The translations under genes were made by a program, and so were the position numbers. The notes below the pieces were generated by a model. The model did not search any database, had not been told where the DNA came from, and saw nothing but the letters and a program-made list of their open reading frames with translations. From contig JAUWGE010000005.1 in NCBI GenBank assembly GCA_030606565.1, positions 7,777 through 71,776 of the forward strand: a DNA stretch of 64,000 bases. The letters are read 5' to 3'. Below, in pieces: positions 1 through 10,538 of this stretch; within the stretch, counting starts at the first letter, position 1; each line of letters begins with the position of its first letter. The DNA comes from Candidatus Bipolaricaulota bacterium. GTDB taxonomy: Bacteria > Bipolaricaulota > Bipolaricaulia > UBA7950 > UBA9294.

Positions 1-114
1 CCCTTTTCCCACTCCCTTCTTCTGAGTTGGCCAATCCTATGAAGCGCCCTATACTGGGGTTTGATTCATGAACAAGTCACGGGAAACATACTGTGATGAA
101 AGGAGGGAACAGTG

Positions 115-3100
115 ATGAAAAAGGCAGTGATAGTTGGTCTGTTACTCGTTATGGCCTTAACAGGCCTGGGATTGGGACGCGAGATCGTTGTGACAAGCAC
201 AGCAGACAGCGGAACGGGGAGCTTTCGCTGGGCACTTCAAACAGCACGATCGGGCGATACGATCACGTTCGACCCCGAGATCTTCCCGCCCGACGATCCG
301 GCGACGATCTATCCGAAAAGCCGCCTGCCCGTTGTCCATCAAGGACAGTTGACGATCGATGCCAGCGACGCCGGGATAATTCTTGACGGTAGTTGCATGG
401 AGGAAGATTGGGTCATCGGGCTGGAGATCCGCTCTGATGGGAACGCCATTCGCGGGCTACAGATTGTGAAGTTCTTGACTGGAGCGGGAATTGCTCTGTC
501 GAAGCATGCCGAGAACAACGTTATAGGTGGCAGCAGAAGCGTCGGTTCAGGCCCACTCGGTCAGGGCAATCTGTGTAGTGGAAACGGCGTCGGAATCCGC
601 CTGCAGGGTGCGAGGGTATCCCATAACGCAATCCTGGGCAACTTTATCGGAACCGACACCAGCGGGACAGAACCTTGGGGAAACCAGACCGGAATCTACG
701 TTCTAAAAGGGGCTAGCCACAACACCATCGGCCCAGACAACATCATCGCCTTCAACAAGGAGGAAGGTGTACAGATCTACAATCCAGGTTCGCTGTTCAA
801 TACCATCAGTCGCAACAGCATTCATGACAACGGCGTGTTCGGCATCCTTCTGAATGAAGATGGGAACGGCGACCTGCCTGCCCCTTCTGTGACTAGCGCG
901 GATTTTCAGACCGGCACCCTAGTCGGCAGCGCGTGTGCCAATTGCATCGTTGAGATCTTCTCAGATCGTGGGAGTGAAGGAGGCGTCTATGAAGGCCAAG
1001 CGGTTGCGGATGCCAGTGGGGCCTTCGCGTTCGAAAAGGGTGGTCCTTTCTTTGGCCCCAATGTGACTCTCACCACCACAGCCACGGATGGCAGTACAAG
1101 CGGTTTTGCCGTTGCCGTGCTAAGTGTGGGAGTAGCTTCGCTTTCCCAAGAGGGACCACCGCAGGAGCTTATTGTGGCGAGTACCGTAGATAGTGGGTAC
1201 GGGACATTACGCTGGGCGCTTCAGGCCGCTCGCGCTGGTGACACGGTCACGTTCGACCCCGCAGTGTTCCCACCAGAGAATCCAGCGACGATCCGTCCCC
1301 GAACCGCGCTTCCACCCATCAGATGCGGGCGACTCACCATCATTGCCAGCAACGCCGGCGTGATTCTGGACGGGAGCAAGATGGAGGGGGATTGGGTTGT
1401 CGGGCTGGAGATCTACTCCGATGGGAATACCATCCAAGGACTGCAGATAATTAACTGCTTCCCCGGTGCAGGAATCGTTCTGCAGAACGCCCAACGCAAC
1501 ACGATTGGGGGGAGTCGAAACATCGGATTTGGCCCGATGGGTCAAGGCAATCTGATGAGTGGGAACGCTATCGGAATCGTGATGTCCGGTACGGGAACGA
1601 TGCTGAACAAAGTCGCTGGAAACCTTATTGGGACGGATGTGGCTGGTGAACGTGCCTGGCCGGGAAGAGAGGGCTGGGGCAACTACGACATGGGAGTCTA
1701 TATCACTAGAGGAGCGAGCCACAACGTCATTGGGCCGGACAACGTGATCGCGTACAACGGAGGAGCAGGCGTGCAGGTCTACCGCGCAAACTCGGTCTGC
1801 AACACGATTACCAGGAACAGCATTCACAACAATGGAGTGGAACAGATCTGCCTCAACGCAGGGGGCAACGGGGAACTCTCCCCTCCGGTTATTCTGAGCT
1901 TCTCTCTGGCAGATGGAAGTGTGAGTGGCGTTGGGTGTCGCGGTTGTACGATCGAAGTGCTCTCACAAGGGAACGGCGTCGGCATGCTGTTCGAAGGAGA
2001 GGCAACCGTGGACGAAACTGGTTCATTCACGTTCACCAAGGGATCGCCCTTCGTTGGGTCCCATCTCATTGCGACGGTTACTGACGAGAGCGGGAATACC
2101 AGTGAGTTCTCAAGACCTACGTCGGGATTACGCAAATCCGCCATTCTTCAGGACGGAAACAACTTCCCCAGAACCCAGCTGATGACCAAGAGATCAGGAG
2201 AACTTGGGGAGAACTGGATAGGGGACTTCCCTGAAATCGGATCCATCGCACTTCGGCTTGAGAACCTTCTTCGCGCCGGCTTCAAGTGGCAGAAGGTGGA
2301 TATACTCCAGGATCGCCAGCACCAGGAGGACAAAGACAGCAGGTACGGGGGAACATTCTGGGAGGTGGATTGGCATACGGAGGACTACACCGTCGATCCA
2401 GAAGATGACAACGCCATTACTGAGTTGGCCAACAATGGCGTGTCGCTTGTTGCCTGCCTGGGTTGCTTGCTTGATGAGACCGGCCTTGTAGAGCATGGTA
2501 GGTTCAAGACAGAAGAGGAGATACAGCTATATCTCAGCTACGTTCGCACGGTTGTCAGGCACTTCAAGGGGCGCATCCAGTATTACGATATCTGGAACGA
2601 GCCGAACGCTCAGTGTCTGAATTGGTACGTAGAGGTACTAGATTACATTAACCTCGTCCGCAGGACTATCCCGGTTATCCTTGAAGAATATCCGGAAGCG
2701 AAGATCATGATAGGGAGCACTACATCCCCGGACAACCCGACCTCACTAGATTACCTGCTTCGTGTCCTCAGCTCTGACATACTTCCCTTGGTGGACATCG
2801 TTTCTTGGCATCCGATGTTCGGGACCTCGCCGGAATATGCTTACTGCAAAGACTACTACTACGAATACCCGTCTATCGTGCAGAAGATCAAGGATGTGGC
2901 CTCCGCCCACGGCTTCGAGGGGGAATACTACGCTGCTGAGATCAACTGGAGAACACCGGTATACAACAACCCTGGCTACTGGCAACCAACATACAGCGAG
3001 ACCGTATGCGCGAAGTACTATGCACGAGGGATCCTGATGCACCTGGGCATGGATGTCATGGCAGGAATCATCACATGGGGCGACAACCCAACGGCAGAGG

Positions 3101-3438
3101 ATGTGGTCCGAAACCTATGTACCGTCATGGCTGGCCACGAAGCGATCGATATGCCGGTGGCGATCGACATTGATTACGAGCCAGTGGCCTACTGCGCCTT
3201 CCGATATCCCAACGGCGATCGGATCCTTGCGGTCTGGACCGACGGCGTCGCGCAGGACAATGATCCGGGAGTCCCGGCGACGATTACGTTCCCCGGGCTC
3301 GTCGCAGAGAGTGTCGTTGGCATTGACGTACTGCACGGCTTCGAGCAGGAGCTGGTGCTTGAGATCGTGGACGAAAGCACTGTCGTCCACGACCTGTTAG
3401 TGAAGGACTACCCGATTATCTTGCGGCTTGCTCATTGA
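115..3438 (+). CDS. Secreted protein: two tandem beta-helix-repeat modules plus C-terminal clan-A glycoside hydrolase-like domain
   Basis: AAGGAGG RBS; signal peptide MKKAVIVGLLLVMALTGLG; duplicated module (VTSTADSGTGSFRWAL / VASTVDSGYGTLRWAL) with GNxIG repeats; YYDIWNEPN acid/base motif. Confidence 0.75.
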   Translation: MKKAVIVGLLLVMALTGLGLGREIVVTSTADSGTGSFRWALQTARSGDTITFDPEIFPPDDPATIYPKSRLPVVHQGQLTIDASDAGIILDGSCMEEDWVIGLEIRSDGNAIRGLQIVKFLTGAGIALSKHAENNVIGGSRSVGSGPLGQGNLCSGNGVGIRLQGARVSHNAILGNFIGTDTSGTEPWGNQTGIYVLKGASHNTIGPDNIIAFNKEEGVQIYNPGSLFNTISRNSIHDNGVFGILLNEDGNGDLPAPSVTSADFQTGTLVGSACANCIVEIFSDRGSEGGVYEGQAVADASGAFAFEKGGPFFGPNVTLTTTATDGSTSGFAVAVLSVGVASLSQEGPPQELIVASTVDSGYGTLRWALQAARAGDTVTFDPAVFPPENPATIRPRTALPPIRCGRLTIIASNAGVILDGSKMEGDWVVGLEIYSDGNTIQGLQIINCFPGAGIVLQNAQRNTIGGSRNIGFGPMGQGNLMSGNAIGIVMSGTGTMLNKVAGNLIGTDVAGERAWPGREGWGNYDMGVYITRGASHNVIGPDNVIAYNGGAGVQVYRANSVCNTITRNSIHNNGVEQICLNAGGNGELSPPVILSFSLADGSVSGVGCRGCTIEVLSQGNGVGMLFEGEATVDETGSFTFTKGSPFVGSHLIATVTDESGNTSEFSRPTSGLRKSAILQDGNNFPRTQLMTKRSGELGENWIGDFPEIGSIALRLENLLRAGFKWQKVDILQDRQHQEDKDSRYGGTFWEVDWHTEDYTVDPEDDNAITELANNGVSLVACLGCLLDETGLVEHGRFKTEEEIQLYLSYVRTVVRHFKGRIQYYDIWNEPNAQCLNWYVEVLDYINLVRRTIPVILEEYPEAKIMIGSTTSPDNPTSLDYLLRVLSSDILPLVDIVSWHPMFGTSPEYAYCKDYYYEYPSIVQKIKDVASAHGFEGEYYAAEINWRTPVYNNPGYWQPTYSETVCAKYYARGILMHLGMDVMAGIITWGDNPTAEDVVRNLCTVMAGHEAIDMPVAIDIDYEPVAYCAFRYPNGDRILAVWTDGVAQDNDPGVPATITFPGLVAESVVGIDVLHGFEQELVLEIVDESTVVHDLLVKDYPIILRLAH

Positions 3439-3492
3439 GGAACAGCTCGACGCTCACGAGATAGGCAACAGAGCCAGAGTTGTTAAGAAGAA

Positions 3493-3573
3493 CGTCGCCC
3501 ATAAAGGACGACGCTACAAACAGACAAGCTCCGGCGCTGCAGAATGAGGTAGCGGCGGAGCTTGTCTCCGACG
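3493..3573. repeat. Cluster of GTAG-type REP-like palindromes
   Basis: CGTCGCCCATAAAGGACGACG-CTAC; AGACAAGCTCCGGCGCTGC pairs with GTAGCGGCGGAGCTTGTCT. Confidence 0.5.
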
Positions 3574-3915
3574 TCGGGTTTGACTTGGGCCCAAGCGTTC
3601 TGCCCTGCCGTGTTTCTTACCCACAGATCTTAGCCAGTGATCCTCCGCATAAGCAAGGTAAGGCCGAAAGATAGTGCGCCGGCGATCGTCGGGGTCCCCT
3701 TGACAAGACCGCTTCCTCCCATGCGGCTCATCCTCTTACTGAAGATCAGAATCCCCTGAGCGATCGCCGCGGAGAGAGGTTCAAGGAGGCGGCCCTGGCG
3801 TACACCCCGGTGACATTAGCCACATAGTTAAAAGAGAGCCGGGGAGATCAAGTGAGGTGGTTTCAGAGATAGGCGGTATAATCGGCGAGATCGGCAGCAA
3901 AGGGAGGAAGAAGAC

Positions 3916-4860
3916 GTGGCAGCGTATCTAGGGAGGCGGTTCATCGGATTTCTTGCTGCCCTGGTCTTGGTCTCTTTGTTGGTCTTCCTTGCCATCCGGG
4001 TGGTCCCGGGGGATACGGCACAGATCATCCTCGGAACCGACGCTGATCCGAGCTCGCTCCACGCATTGCGGGAACGACTCGGGCTCAATGAACCCCTTTA
4101 TGTGCAGTACGGAACATGGATTAAGAACCTTCTCACCGGGAGGTTGGGTGAATCGATCCGCTACGGAAAGCCGATCGGCGAGCTGATCGCGTCCCGCTTC
4201 ACGGTTACCGGACCGTTGGCACTGTTGGCGATCGTCATCGCGCTTTTGCTGGGGATCCCGTTGGGAATCTTCGCTGCCACGCATCGCAGTCGTTTCGGTG
4301 ATTATGGGGTGATGGCCTTCTCCCAGTTTGGGCTGGCCGTACCTGCCTTTTGGGCGGGGATCCTGTTGATGCTACTCTTTTCGGTTAAGCTACGATGGTT
4401 CCCGGCGGGCGGGTTCACTCCTTGGTCAAAAAGCGTCTGGGGAGCGCTACGATCGATCTTCCTTCCCTCTCTCTCTCTAGGGGTGATTCACGCTGCCGTG
4501 ATCGCGCGGCTGACGCGCTCTACCCTGCTTGAGGTGTTAGGAGAGGACTACATTCGCACGGCACGAGGTAAGGGACTGGTCGAGCGGACCGTCCTCTATA
4601 AACACGCGCTTCGGAACGCTCTGATTCCCATTATCACTTTGGTAGGATTGCAGTTTGCCTCGCTACTCGGGGGGACGATCATCATCGAGAACGTCTTCTA
4701 CCTGCCCGGGTTGGGGCGGCTCGCCTATCAGGCGATCAGCGCCCGCGATCTTCCCGTTGTTCAGGATGTGGTCCTGTTAATCACCGTCTTGGTGGTGGGG
4801 CTAAGCGTATTGGTCGATGTCGCCTACGTGCTGCTCGATCCGAGGGTTCGGTTGGAGTAG
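3916..4860 (+). CDS. Peptide/nickel ABC transporter permease (DppB/OppB family)
   Basis: PGD motif, LGLNEPLYVQY, EDYIRTARGKGL EAA loop, HALRNA. Confidence 0.93.
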   Translation: MAAYLGRRFIGFLAALVLVSLLVFLAIRVVPGDTAQIILGTDADPSSLHALRERLGLNEPLYVQYGTWIKNLLTGRLGESIRYGKPIGELIASRFTVTGPLALLAIVIALLLGIPLGIFAATHRSRFGDYGVMAFSQFGLAVPAFWAGILLMLLFSVKLRWFPAGGFTPWSKSVWGALRSIFLPSLSLGVIHAAVIARLTRSTLLEVLGEDYIRTARGKGLVERTVLYKHALRNALIPIITLVGLQFASLLGGTIIIENVFYLPGLGRLAYQAISARDLPVVQDVVLLITVLVVGLSVLVDVAYVLLDPRVRLE

Positions 4861-4863
4861 GGA

Positions 4864-5715
4864 ATGACGCGCACGAGGCATTCGAGGCGAGCACGTTTGC
4901 CAAGGCGAAACACAAGTTTCGTCATCGGTGCGGTAATCGTGGGGCTTATCGCCCTCACCGCGTGCGTCAGTCTCTGCTATACCCCGTACGACCCAATCAA
5001 GATGGCAATCGAGGATCGATTGCAGGGGCCGAGCACGGCCCACCTGTTGGGGACCGATCAGTACGGGCGTGACATCCTCAGCCGCGTCATGGAGGGGGCG
5101 CAGAACTCTATCCTGGTCGGGGTTGTCGCGGTAGGAATCGGAATGAGTTTTGGGGTGCTGCTCGGCCTCTGGGTCACATTTTCTTCCGGCTGGGTCGATG
5201 AAGCGGTAATGCGGACCATGGACGTGATCTATGCGTTCCCGGCGATCTTAAACGCGATCCTGTTAGTGGCGATCCTCGGACCGGGAATAATCAACGCAAT
5301 GATCGCCATCGGAATTCACAATGTTCCCATCTTCGCGCGGCTGACAAGGGGGGGTGTCCTGCGAGCCAGAGAAGAGGAGTACGTCCTCGCCGCCTACAGT
5401 CTCGGGCGTCAACGGTGGGCGGTCGCCTGGCGGCATATCCTGCCAAACATCCTCTCCTCTCTCATCGTTCAAGGGACGATTCAGTTCGCGGCTGCCATCC
5501 TTGCGGAGGCTGCCTTGAGCTACCTCGGCCTGGGAACGCAGCTCCCCTATCCCAGCTGGGGGCGCATGCTACGTGAGGCCCAGACCTTCATGAGATTGGC
5601 ACCAGGGCTGGCGATCTTCCCTGGACTGGCCATTGCGCTCTCCGTTCTGGGATTCAACCTGCTTGGAGACGGGATGCGCGACCTGCTCGACCCAAAGTTG
5701 CGGGGCGCAGTTTGA
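4864..5715 (+). CDS. Peptide/nickel ABC transporter permease (DppC/OppC family)
   Basis: HLLGTDQYGRDILSR, EEYVLAA, HILPN, LSYLGLG, PSWG. Confidence 0.93.
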   Translation: MTRTRHSRRARLPRRNTSFVIGAVIVGLIALTACVSLCYTPYDPIKMAIEDRLQGPSTAHLLGTDQYGRDILSRVMEGAQNSILVGVVAVGIGMSFGVLLGLWVTFSSGWVDEAVMRTMDVIYAFPAILNAILLVAILGPGIINAMIAIGIHNVPIFARLTRGGVLRAREEEYVLAAYSLGRQRWAVAWRHILPNILSSLIVQGTIQFAAAILAEAALSYLGLGTQLPYPSWGRMLREAQTFMRLAPGLAIFPGLAIALSVLGFNLLGDGMRDLLDPKLRGAV

Positions 5716-5790
5716 TCGCTTTTCCCTTGAAACCAGAAAGCTCCCTATGTATCTTACGTGCGATACCATAGCTTACCCGGGGAGGAGAAA

Positions 5791-7332
5791 ATGCGGATAA
5801 CAAAATATATCGGGAGTATGCTCTTCATTATCGGGATCTTGATGGGAGGGCTTACCTATGCGCAGAGCCTCGGAGGCACGCTGCGAGTGGCGGTACAAGG
5901 GGAACCACTCGGGTTAAACCTGATCCTTACCCCTTCGGCGGAGACCTATCAGTTGATCATGTACAACGTGCTGGAGCCGTTGCTGCGCTACACAGCTGAG
6001 GGGGAACTGACGCCGCTTCTTGCTACAAGCTACGAGATCGAGGAGATCGAGGGGGGTACTCGGTACACCTTCTACCTGCGCTCGGGGGTCACCTTCCACA
6101 ACGGTGAACCGTTCACGGCGCACGACATCAAATACACCTTCGACAGTCTGCTCGATCCGGCACTCGCCTCGCCGAACGCAGCCCCGTTCTCGTTTCTAAG
6201 AGGCATTGAGATTCTCAATGACCTAACCGTGCGCTTCGTGACAGAAGGTAAGGCGGCTCCGCTCCTCGGCTACCTGGCGTCGAACAAAGGAGCGGGGATC
6301 ATCCCCGAAGGGTCGACTATGGAAGCGCTAAAGACCCACCCCATCGGAACCGGGCCGTTCGCGTTCGCGGAGTGGATCCCCGGCGACCACTTGACCCTGG
6401 TGAAGAACCCTCACTACTGGAAAGAGGGAAGCCCGTACTTGGACGAGGTGATCGTCAAGTTCATCCCCGATCAAGCTGTCTCGCTGGCAGCGCTCCTGGC
6501 CGGAGACGTGGACATGGTCGACAAGATGGTCTCCGAGAACGCCCTTGTTTTGGAGAGCGATCCCCGATTCAAGGTCATCACCGGCTCTATGAACACGCCG
6601 CAGCTATTGGCGATCAATAATTCCCGCCCGCCGTTCAACAATGTTCTCGTCCGCCGTGCCCTGTGCTATGCCATCGACCGGGACGAGATTATCGCCGGCA
6701 CGGTCGCCCGCCCCAAATGGGGAACACCAATCGGCTCACACATGTCGCCGCTGAACCCGTTCTACGTCGATCTCGTCGGGATGTACCCGCATGATCCGGA
6801 CCGCGCACGTCAATTGCTGGCACAAGCCGGGTACCCGGATGGGTTTCAAACCACTATCTGCCTACCGCAGTTTGAGTTTCATATCCGCACCGGTGAGATC
6901 ATCGCTGACCAGCTGCGGGAGGTGGGGATCGATTGTTCCTTGCAGGTCCTCGAATGGGGGCAGTGGATCGAGCGGGTCTATTCACAGTGGGACTATGACA
7001 TGACGGTGATCGGACACGATCAGGGAGTCGAGCCGGCGGTCAATTTCACCAAACCGCTTGAGCGGGTGCAGGCAGACGGCAGTTCCGGCTACTACTTCCA
7101 GTATTCCAATCCGTTCCTACGAGAGCTGCTTGCGCGCGGGAGAGAGACCTTCGATATAGCAGAACGCAAGACGATCTATGCGATGGCACAGACGATCATC
7201 GCCAGCGACGCCATGGCCGTCTGGATTCAGGACATCCCCCAGTTTGAAGGGATGCGCTCCGAAGTGATGGGATATCGCCAGCTTCCCATCTACGTGCTTG
7301 ATCTGGCCAGACTCTATATAAGCGACGGCTGA
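5791..7332 (+). CDS. ABC transporter substrate-binding protein, family 5
   Basis: GGAGGAG RBS before ATG 5791; signal peptide; LRSGVTFHNG, PIGTGPF, VRRALCYAIDR. Confidence 0.92.
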   Translation: MRITKYIGSMLFIIGILMGGLTYAQSLGGTLRVAVQGEPLGLNLILTPSAETYQLIMYNVLEPLLRYTAEGELTPLLATSYEIEEIEGGTRYTFYLRSGVTFHNGEPFTAHDIKYTFDSLLDPALASPNAAPFSFLRGIEILNDLTVRFVTEGKAAPLLGYLASNKGAGIIPEGSTMEALKTHPIGTGPFAFAEWIPGDHLTLVKNPHYWKEGSPYLDEVIVKFIPDQAVSLAALLAGDVDMVDKMVSENALVLESDPRFKVITGSMNTPQLLAINNSRPPFNNVLVRRALCYAIDRDEIIAGTVARPKWGTPIGSHMSPLNPFYVDLVGMYPHDPDRARQLLAQAGYPDGFQTTICLPQFEFHIRTGEIIADQLREVGIDCSLQVLEWGQWIERVYSQWDYDMTVIGHDQGVEPAVNFTKPLERVQADGSSGYYFQYSNPFLRELLARGRETFDIAERKTIYAMAQTIIASDAMAVWIQDIPQFEGMRSEVMGYRQLPIYVLDLARLYISDG

Positions 7333-7411
7333 TCCGGTCCCGATATCGACTTTCTCGCTTCCCCTGACATGATCGGTATAATTACCGCACCACGCGTGAG
7401 GAGGAGGGATG

Positions 7412-8530
7412 ATGGCGAAGTACAAGATCGCTTGGCTTCCCGGCGATGGGATTGGAGGGGAAGTTCTCGATGCCGCAAAGAGGATGTTGGATAGGGTCGC
7501 CCTGGATGCGGAATACATCCGCGGCGACATCGGGTGGGAGTTCTGGAAATCCGAGGGGAACCCGCTTCCACAGAGGACGGTCGATCTTCTGAAATCGACC
7601 GATGCCTGCCTGTTCGGCGCGATCACCTCAAAGCCGAAGGAGGAGGCAGCGGCCGAGCTAGCTGCCCAATTGCAGGGAAAGGGGCTCGTCTACTCGAGCC
7701 CGATCGTGGGTTTGAGACAGCTCTTCAACCTGCACACCAACCTGCGGCCGTGCAAGGCCTATCCTGGGAACCCCCTCAACCTGCGCGACGACATCGATCT
7801 TGTCGTCTTTCGGGAGAATACCGAGGGACTCTACGCCGGAGTTGAGTTTCACCCCATCCCTGATGAGGTGCGCCGCGCACTTGAGAGCCATCCCAAGATG
7901 AAGCGATTCAGCGATATAGCAAACGAGGACATGGCGATTTCAACGCGCATATTTACCCGTAAGGGCTGTAGGACGATCGTGCGCGACGCGTTCGAGTACG
8001 CCAAAAACCACGACTATCACTCGGTCACCGTGGTGGAAAAACCAAACGTCATCCGCGAGACCTCAGGCCTAATGGTGCGTGAGGCGCGGATGATCGCCGA
8101 GGACTACGCCGGGATCGAGCTGTGGGAGACCAACGTCGACGCGATGTGTATGTGGCTGGTGAAGAACCCACAGAACTACGGGGTGTTGGTCTCGTCTAAC
8201 ATGTTCGGCGACATAATCTCTGATCTCTCAGCACAACTCGTCGGAGGGCTCGGGTTCGCTGCCGCCGGGAACATTGGCGACGACTACGCCGTGTTCGAGC
8301 CGACGCACGGCTCGGCACCTAAGTACGCAGGCCAGAACAAGGTCAACCCAATCGCCACTATCCGCGCTGCCAAGATGATGCTCGACTACCTCGGGGAGCG
8401 GGAGAAGGCGGATAAGATCGAGCGCGCCGTGGCACAGGTGACCGCAGAGGGGCGCGTCCGCACCTACGATATGGGTGGGAGCTCTTCGACAACGGAGATG
8501 GCCGAGGCAGTCGCCTCCGCCATCGGATAG
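7412..8530 (+). CDS. Isocitrate/isopropylmalate dehydrogenase family protein
   Basis: [42 protein letters not shown]; start could be 7409. Confidence 0.92.
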   Translation: MAKYKIAWLPGDGIGGEVLDAAKRMLDRVALDAEYIRGDIGWEFWKSEGNPLPQRTVDLLKSTDACLFGAITSKPKEEAAAELAAQLQGKGLVYSSPIVGLRQLFNLHTNLRPCKAYPGNPLNLRDDIDLVVFRENTEGLYAGVEFHPIPDEVRRALESHPKMKRFSDIANEDMAISTRIFTRKGCRTIVRDAFEYAKNHDYHSVTVVEKPNVIRETSGLMVREARMIAEDYAGIELWETNVDAMCMWLVKNPQNYGVLVSSNMFGDIISDLSAQLVGGLGFAAAGNIGDDYAVFEPTHGSAPKYAGQNKVNPIATIRAAKMMLDYLGEREKADKIERAVAQVTAEGRVRTYDMGGSSSTTEMAEAVASAIG

Positions 8531-8539
8531 GAGGTCAAG

Positions 8540-9916
8540 ATGCAATCGATCAGCCACAGGATGGCACAGTTCGCTTGTACACTCACCTACGAGGCAATCC
8601 CAGAGCCAGCGCGGAAGGAGGCGAAGCGGTTCCTGCTCGACAGCATCGGCTGTGCCCTCGCCGCCCTCGATCTTCCCGATATGAAAGCCGCCTATCGCTA
8701 CATCCAGGAGCTTGGTGGAATTAAGCAGGCGATGATCATCGGCCATGGAACGCAGACAAACATTGCGAACGCCGCGCTTATGAACGCCCTGCTCATCAGA
8801 GCAATGGACTACAACGACATCTACTGGAAACAGGATCCGTCGCACCCTTCGGATATCATCCCAGCCGCGCTCGCCACGGGTGAGTACCGCGGCGCGAGCG
8901 GTAGGGATGTTCTCGTGGGGATCGTGATCGCCTATGAGCTTGAGATGCGCCTCTGCCTCGCTGCCGATCCAGGGATCCGTGAAGTCGGTTGGCATCACGC
9001 CAGCCTCACCCAGTTCGTCAGCCCGCTTGCCGCCGGAAGGATGCTCGGCCTCTCCGAGAATGAAATGGTCGCTGCCGTCGGGATCAGCGGCTCTAGCCAC
9101 TTTACCCTCGGCGGTGTCGTTGCCGGTCACCTGACGAACATGAAGAATACCGCCGACCCGATGGCAACCGAGGCGGGGGTGCGAGCGGCGATGCTCGCTA
9201 AAACCGGCTATACAGGCCCGGTGGAAGTGTTCGAGGGGAAGGAGGGCGCGTTCGACGTACTTGGAAACGTCACCTGGAACCCCGATCTCATGCTGGACGG
9301 CCTCGGCGAGGACTTCCTGATCACGCAGTGCGGGTACAAGGCATTCCCGACCGAGGCCCTCACCCACCAGCCGATCACGGCAACGCTTGAAGTGATGGCC
9401 GAGAACGGGATCGATCCGCATACAGTGGAGGAGGTGCTCGTTCGGACTACGACCCGCGGGGCGGACATCCTCTCTGATCCAAGCAAGTACAAACCGACGA
9501 CCAAGGAGACAGCAGATCACTCCCTCCCCTACTGCATCGCGGTTACAATCGCCAAGGGGAACGTCCTCCCCTCCGACTTTGAGGAGGAGGCGCTTAAGGA
9601 CCCGTTCGTTGGGGAACTCCTCTCGAAGATCAAGGTTGTCGCCGATCCTGAGATTGACGCCCTCTTCCCAAAGGTAAAACGGGCAATTGTCACCGTCACG
9701 ACCAAGGATGGAGGAAGCTTCACCAAGCAGGAAGACTTTGCCAAGGGACGGGCGGAGCGACCTCTTACAGATGAGGAGCTGATCGGAAAGTTCCGCGCTA
9801 ACGCGTCAGGCGCCGTCACCGACAACCGTCTTGATGAGATTGCTCGCGGCACTCTGAACCTGGAGGAGGTTTCCAATATTCGTAACTATATGAAACTCCT
9901 AATTCGCGATCGCTAA
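8540..9916 (+). CDS. MmgE/PrpD family protein (2-methylcitrate dehydratase-like)
   Basis: IRAMDYNDIY, SHPSDII, GWHH, TKETADHSLPY. Confidence 0.9.
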   Translation: MQSISHRMAQFACTLTYEAIPEPARKEAKRFLLDSIGCALAALDLPDMKAAYRYIQELGGIKQAMIIGHGTQTNIANAALMNALLIRAMDYNDIYWKQDPSHPSDIIPAALATGEYRGASGRDVLVGIVIAYELEMRLCLAADPGIREVGWHHASLTQFVSPLAAGRMLGLSENEMVAAVGISGSSHFTLGGVVAGHLTNMKNTADPMATEAGVRAAMLAKTGYTGPVEVFEGKEGAFDVLGNVTWNPDLMLDGLGEDFLITQCGYKAFPTEALTHQPITATLEVMAENGIDPHTVEEVLVRTTTRGADILSDPSKYKPTTKETADHSLPYCIAVTIAKGNVLPSDFEEEALKDPFVGELLSKIKVVADPEIDALFPKVKRAIVTVTTKDGGSFTKQEDFAKGRAERPLTDEELIGKFRANASGAVTDNRLDEIARGTLNLEEVSNIRNYMKLLIRDR

Positions 9917-9975
9917 GGGTGCCCACAGGCCGCTTTTACGCAGCAAGCGGCGCAAGTTATATAGCCCGCAGAGCT

Positions 9976-10278
9976 CTAGGGAGTATCCTCCTCCCCACCT
10001 AATTTAAGTTGCAACTCTCCTTCCCCTATAAACTGTATGGGGCGGTGTTCCTCGAAGACCTTGATCACTTGTTCCACATGCTCACCCGGGCGCAGGTCAA
10101 ACTCAAACACATCCTTTCCCAAGTAATGGTAGCGAGGAAGTTGGTCTGCGGTGACTTCCAAGGTCCAGTGACCAGGAGGTAATCGATTAAATTGGAAGAA
10201 ACCATCCGGATCGCTAATCTGAAGGCGTGTTTCCTCACTACAGCTAAGCTTCACTAAAACATTGGCTATTCCTACCAC
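9976..10278 (-). pseudogene. Isolated carboxypeptidase-regulatory-like (prealbumin-fold) domain, probably the C-terminal remnant of a larger protein
   Basis: IANVLVKL...SDPDGFFQFNRLPPGHWTLEV pattern; no signal peptide; stop shortly upstream. Confidence 0.45.
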
Positions 10279-10538
10279 TTGACCGAGTCTCCTATTTTAA
10301 AGTGTAACAGAAAAACGGGTTGAAAGTCTGTAACACAGATCACGACTACGGAACGAGCCCGCTCTAAACCAATTACACCACGTGCCGTCAGACTGAAGCG
10401 GTGGGAAAAGGCCCCAAGGCTGTCCTGAAAATACAAAGGGCTTCATCTCCTGTTTGCGAAATGGGGATCGGTTTCCTAAACTCATGCTCGCCGTTTACAA
10501 CCAGCTGAATCATAAAGCGCAAATTCGAGGAGGAAACA

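Noticed and set aside
3743..3803. DnaJ-like stub (DQNPLSDRRGERFKEAALAY)
   Set aside because: Too short and lacks the HPD motif
3916..7332. ABC operon lacking ATPase genes as a novelty
   Set aside because: Common arrangement; the ATPases are often encoded elsewhere
8228..9520. 430-aa antisense ORF
   Set aside because: Shadow of the PrpD and dehydrogenase genes; no motifs
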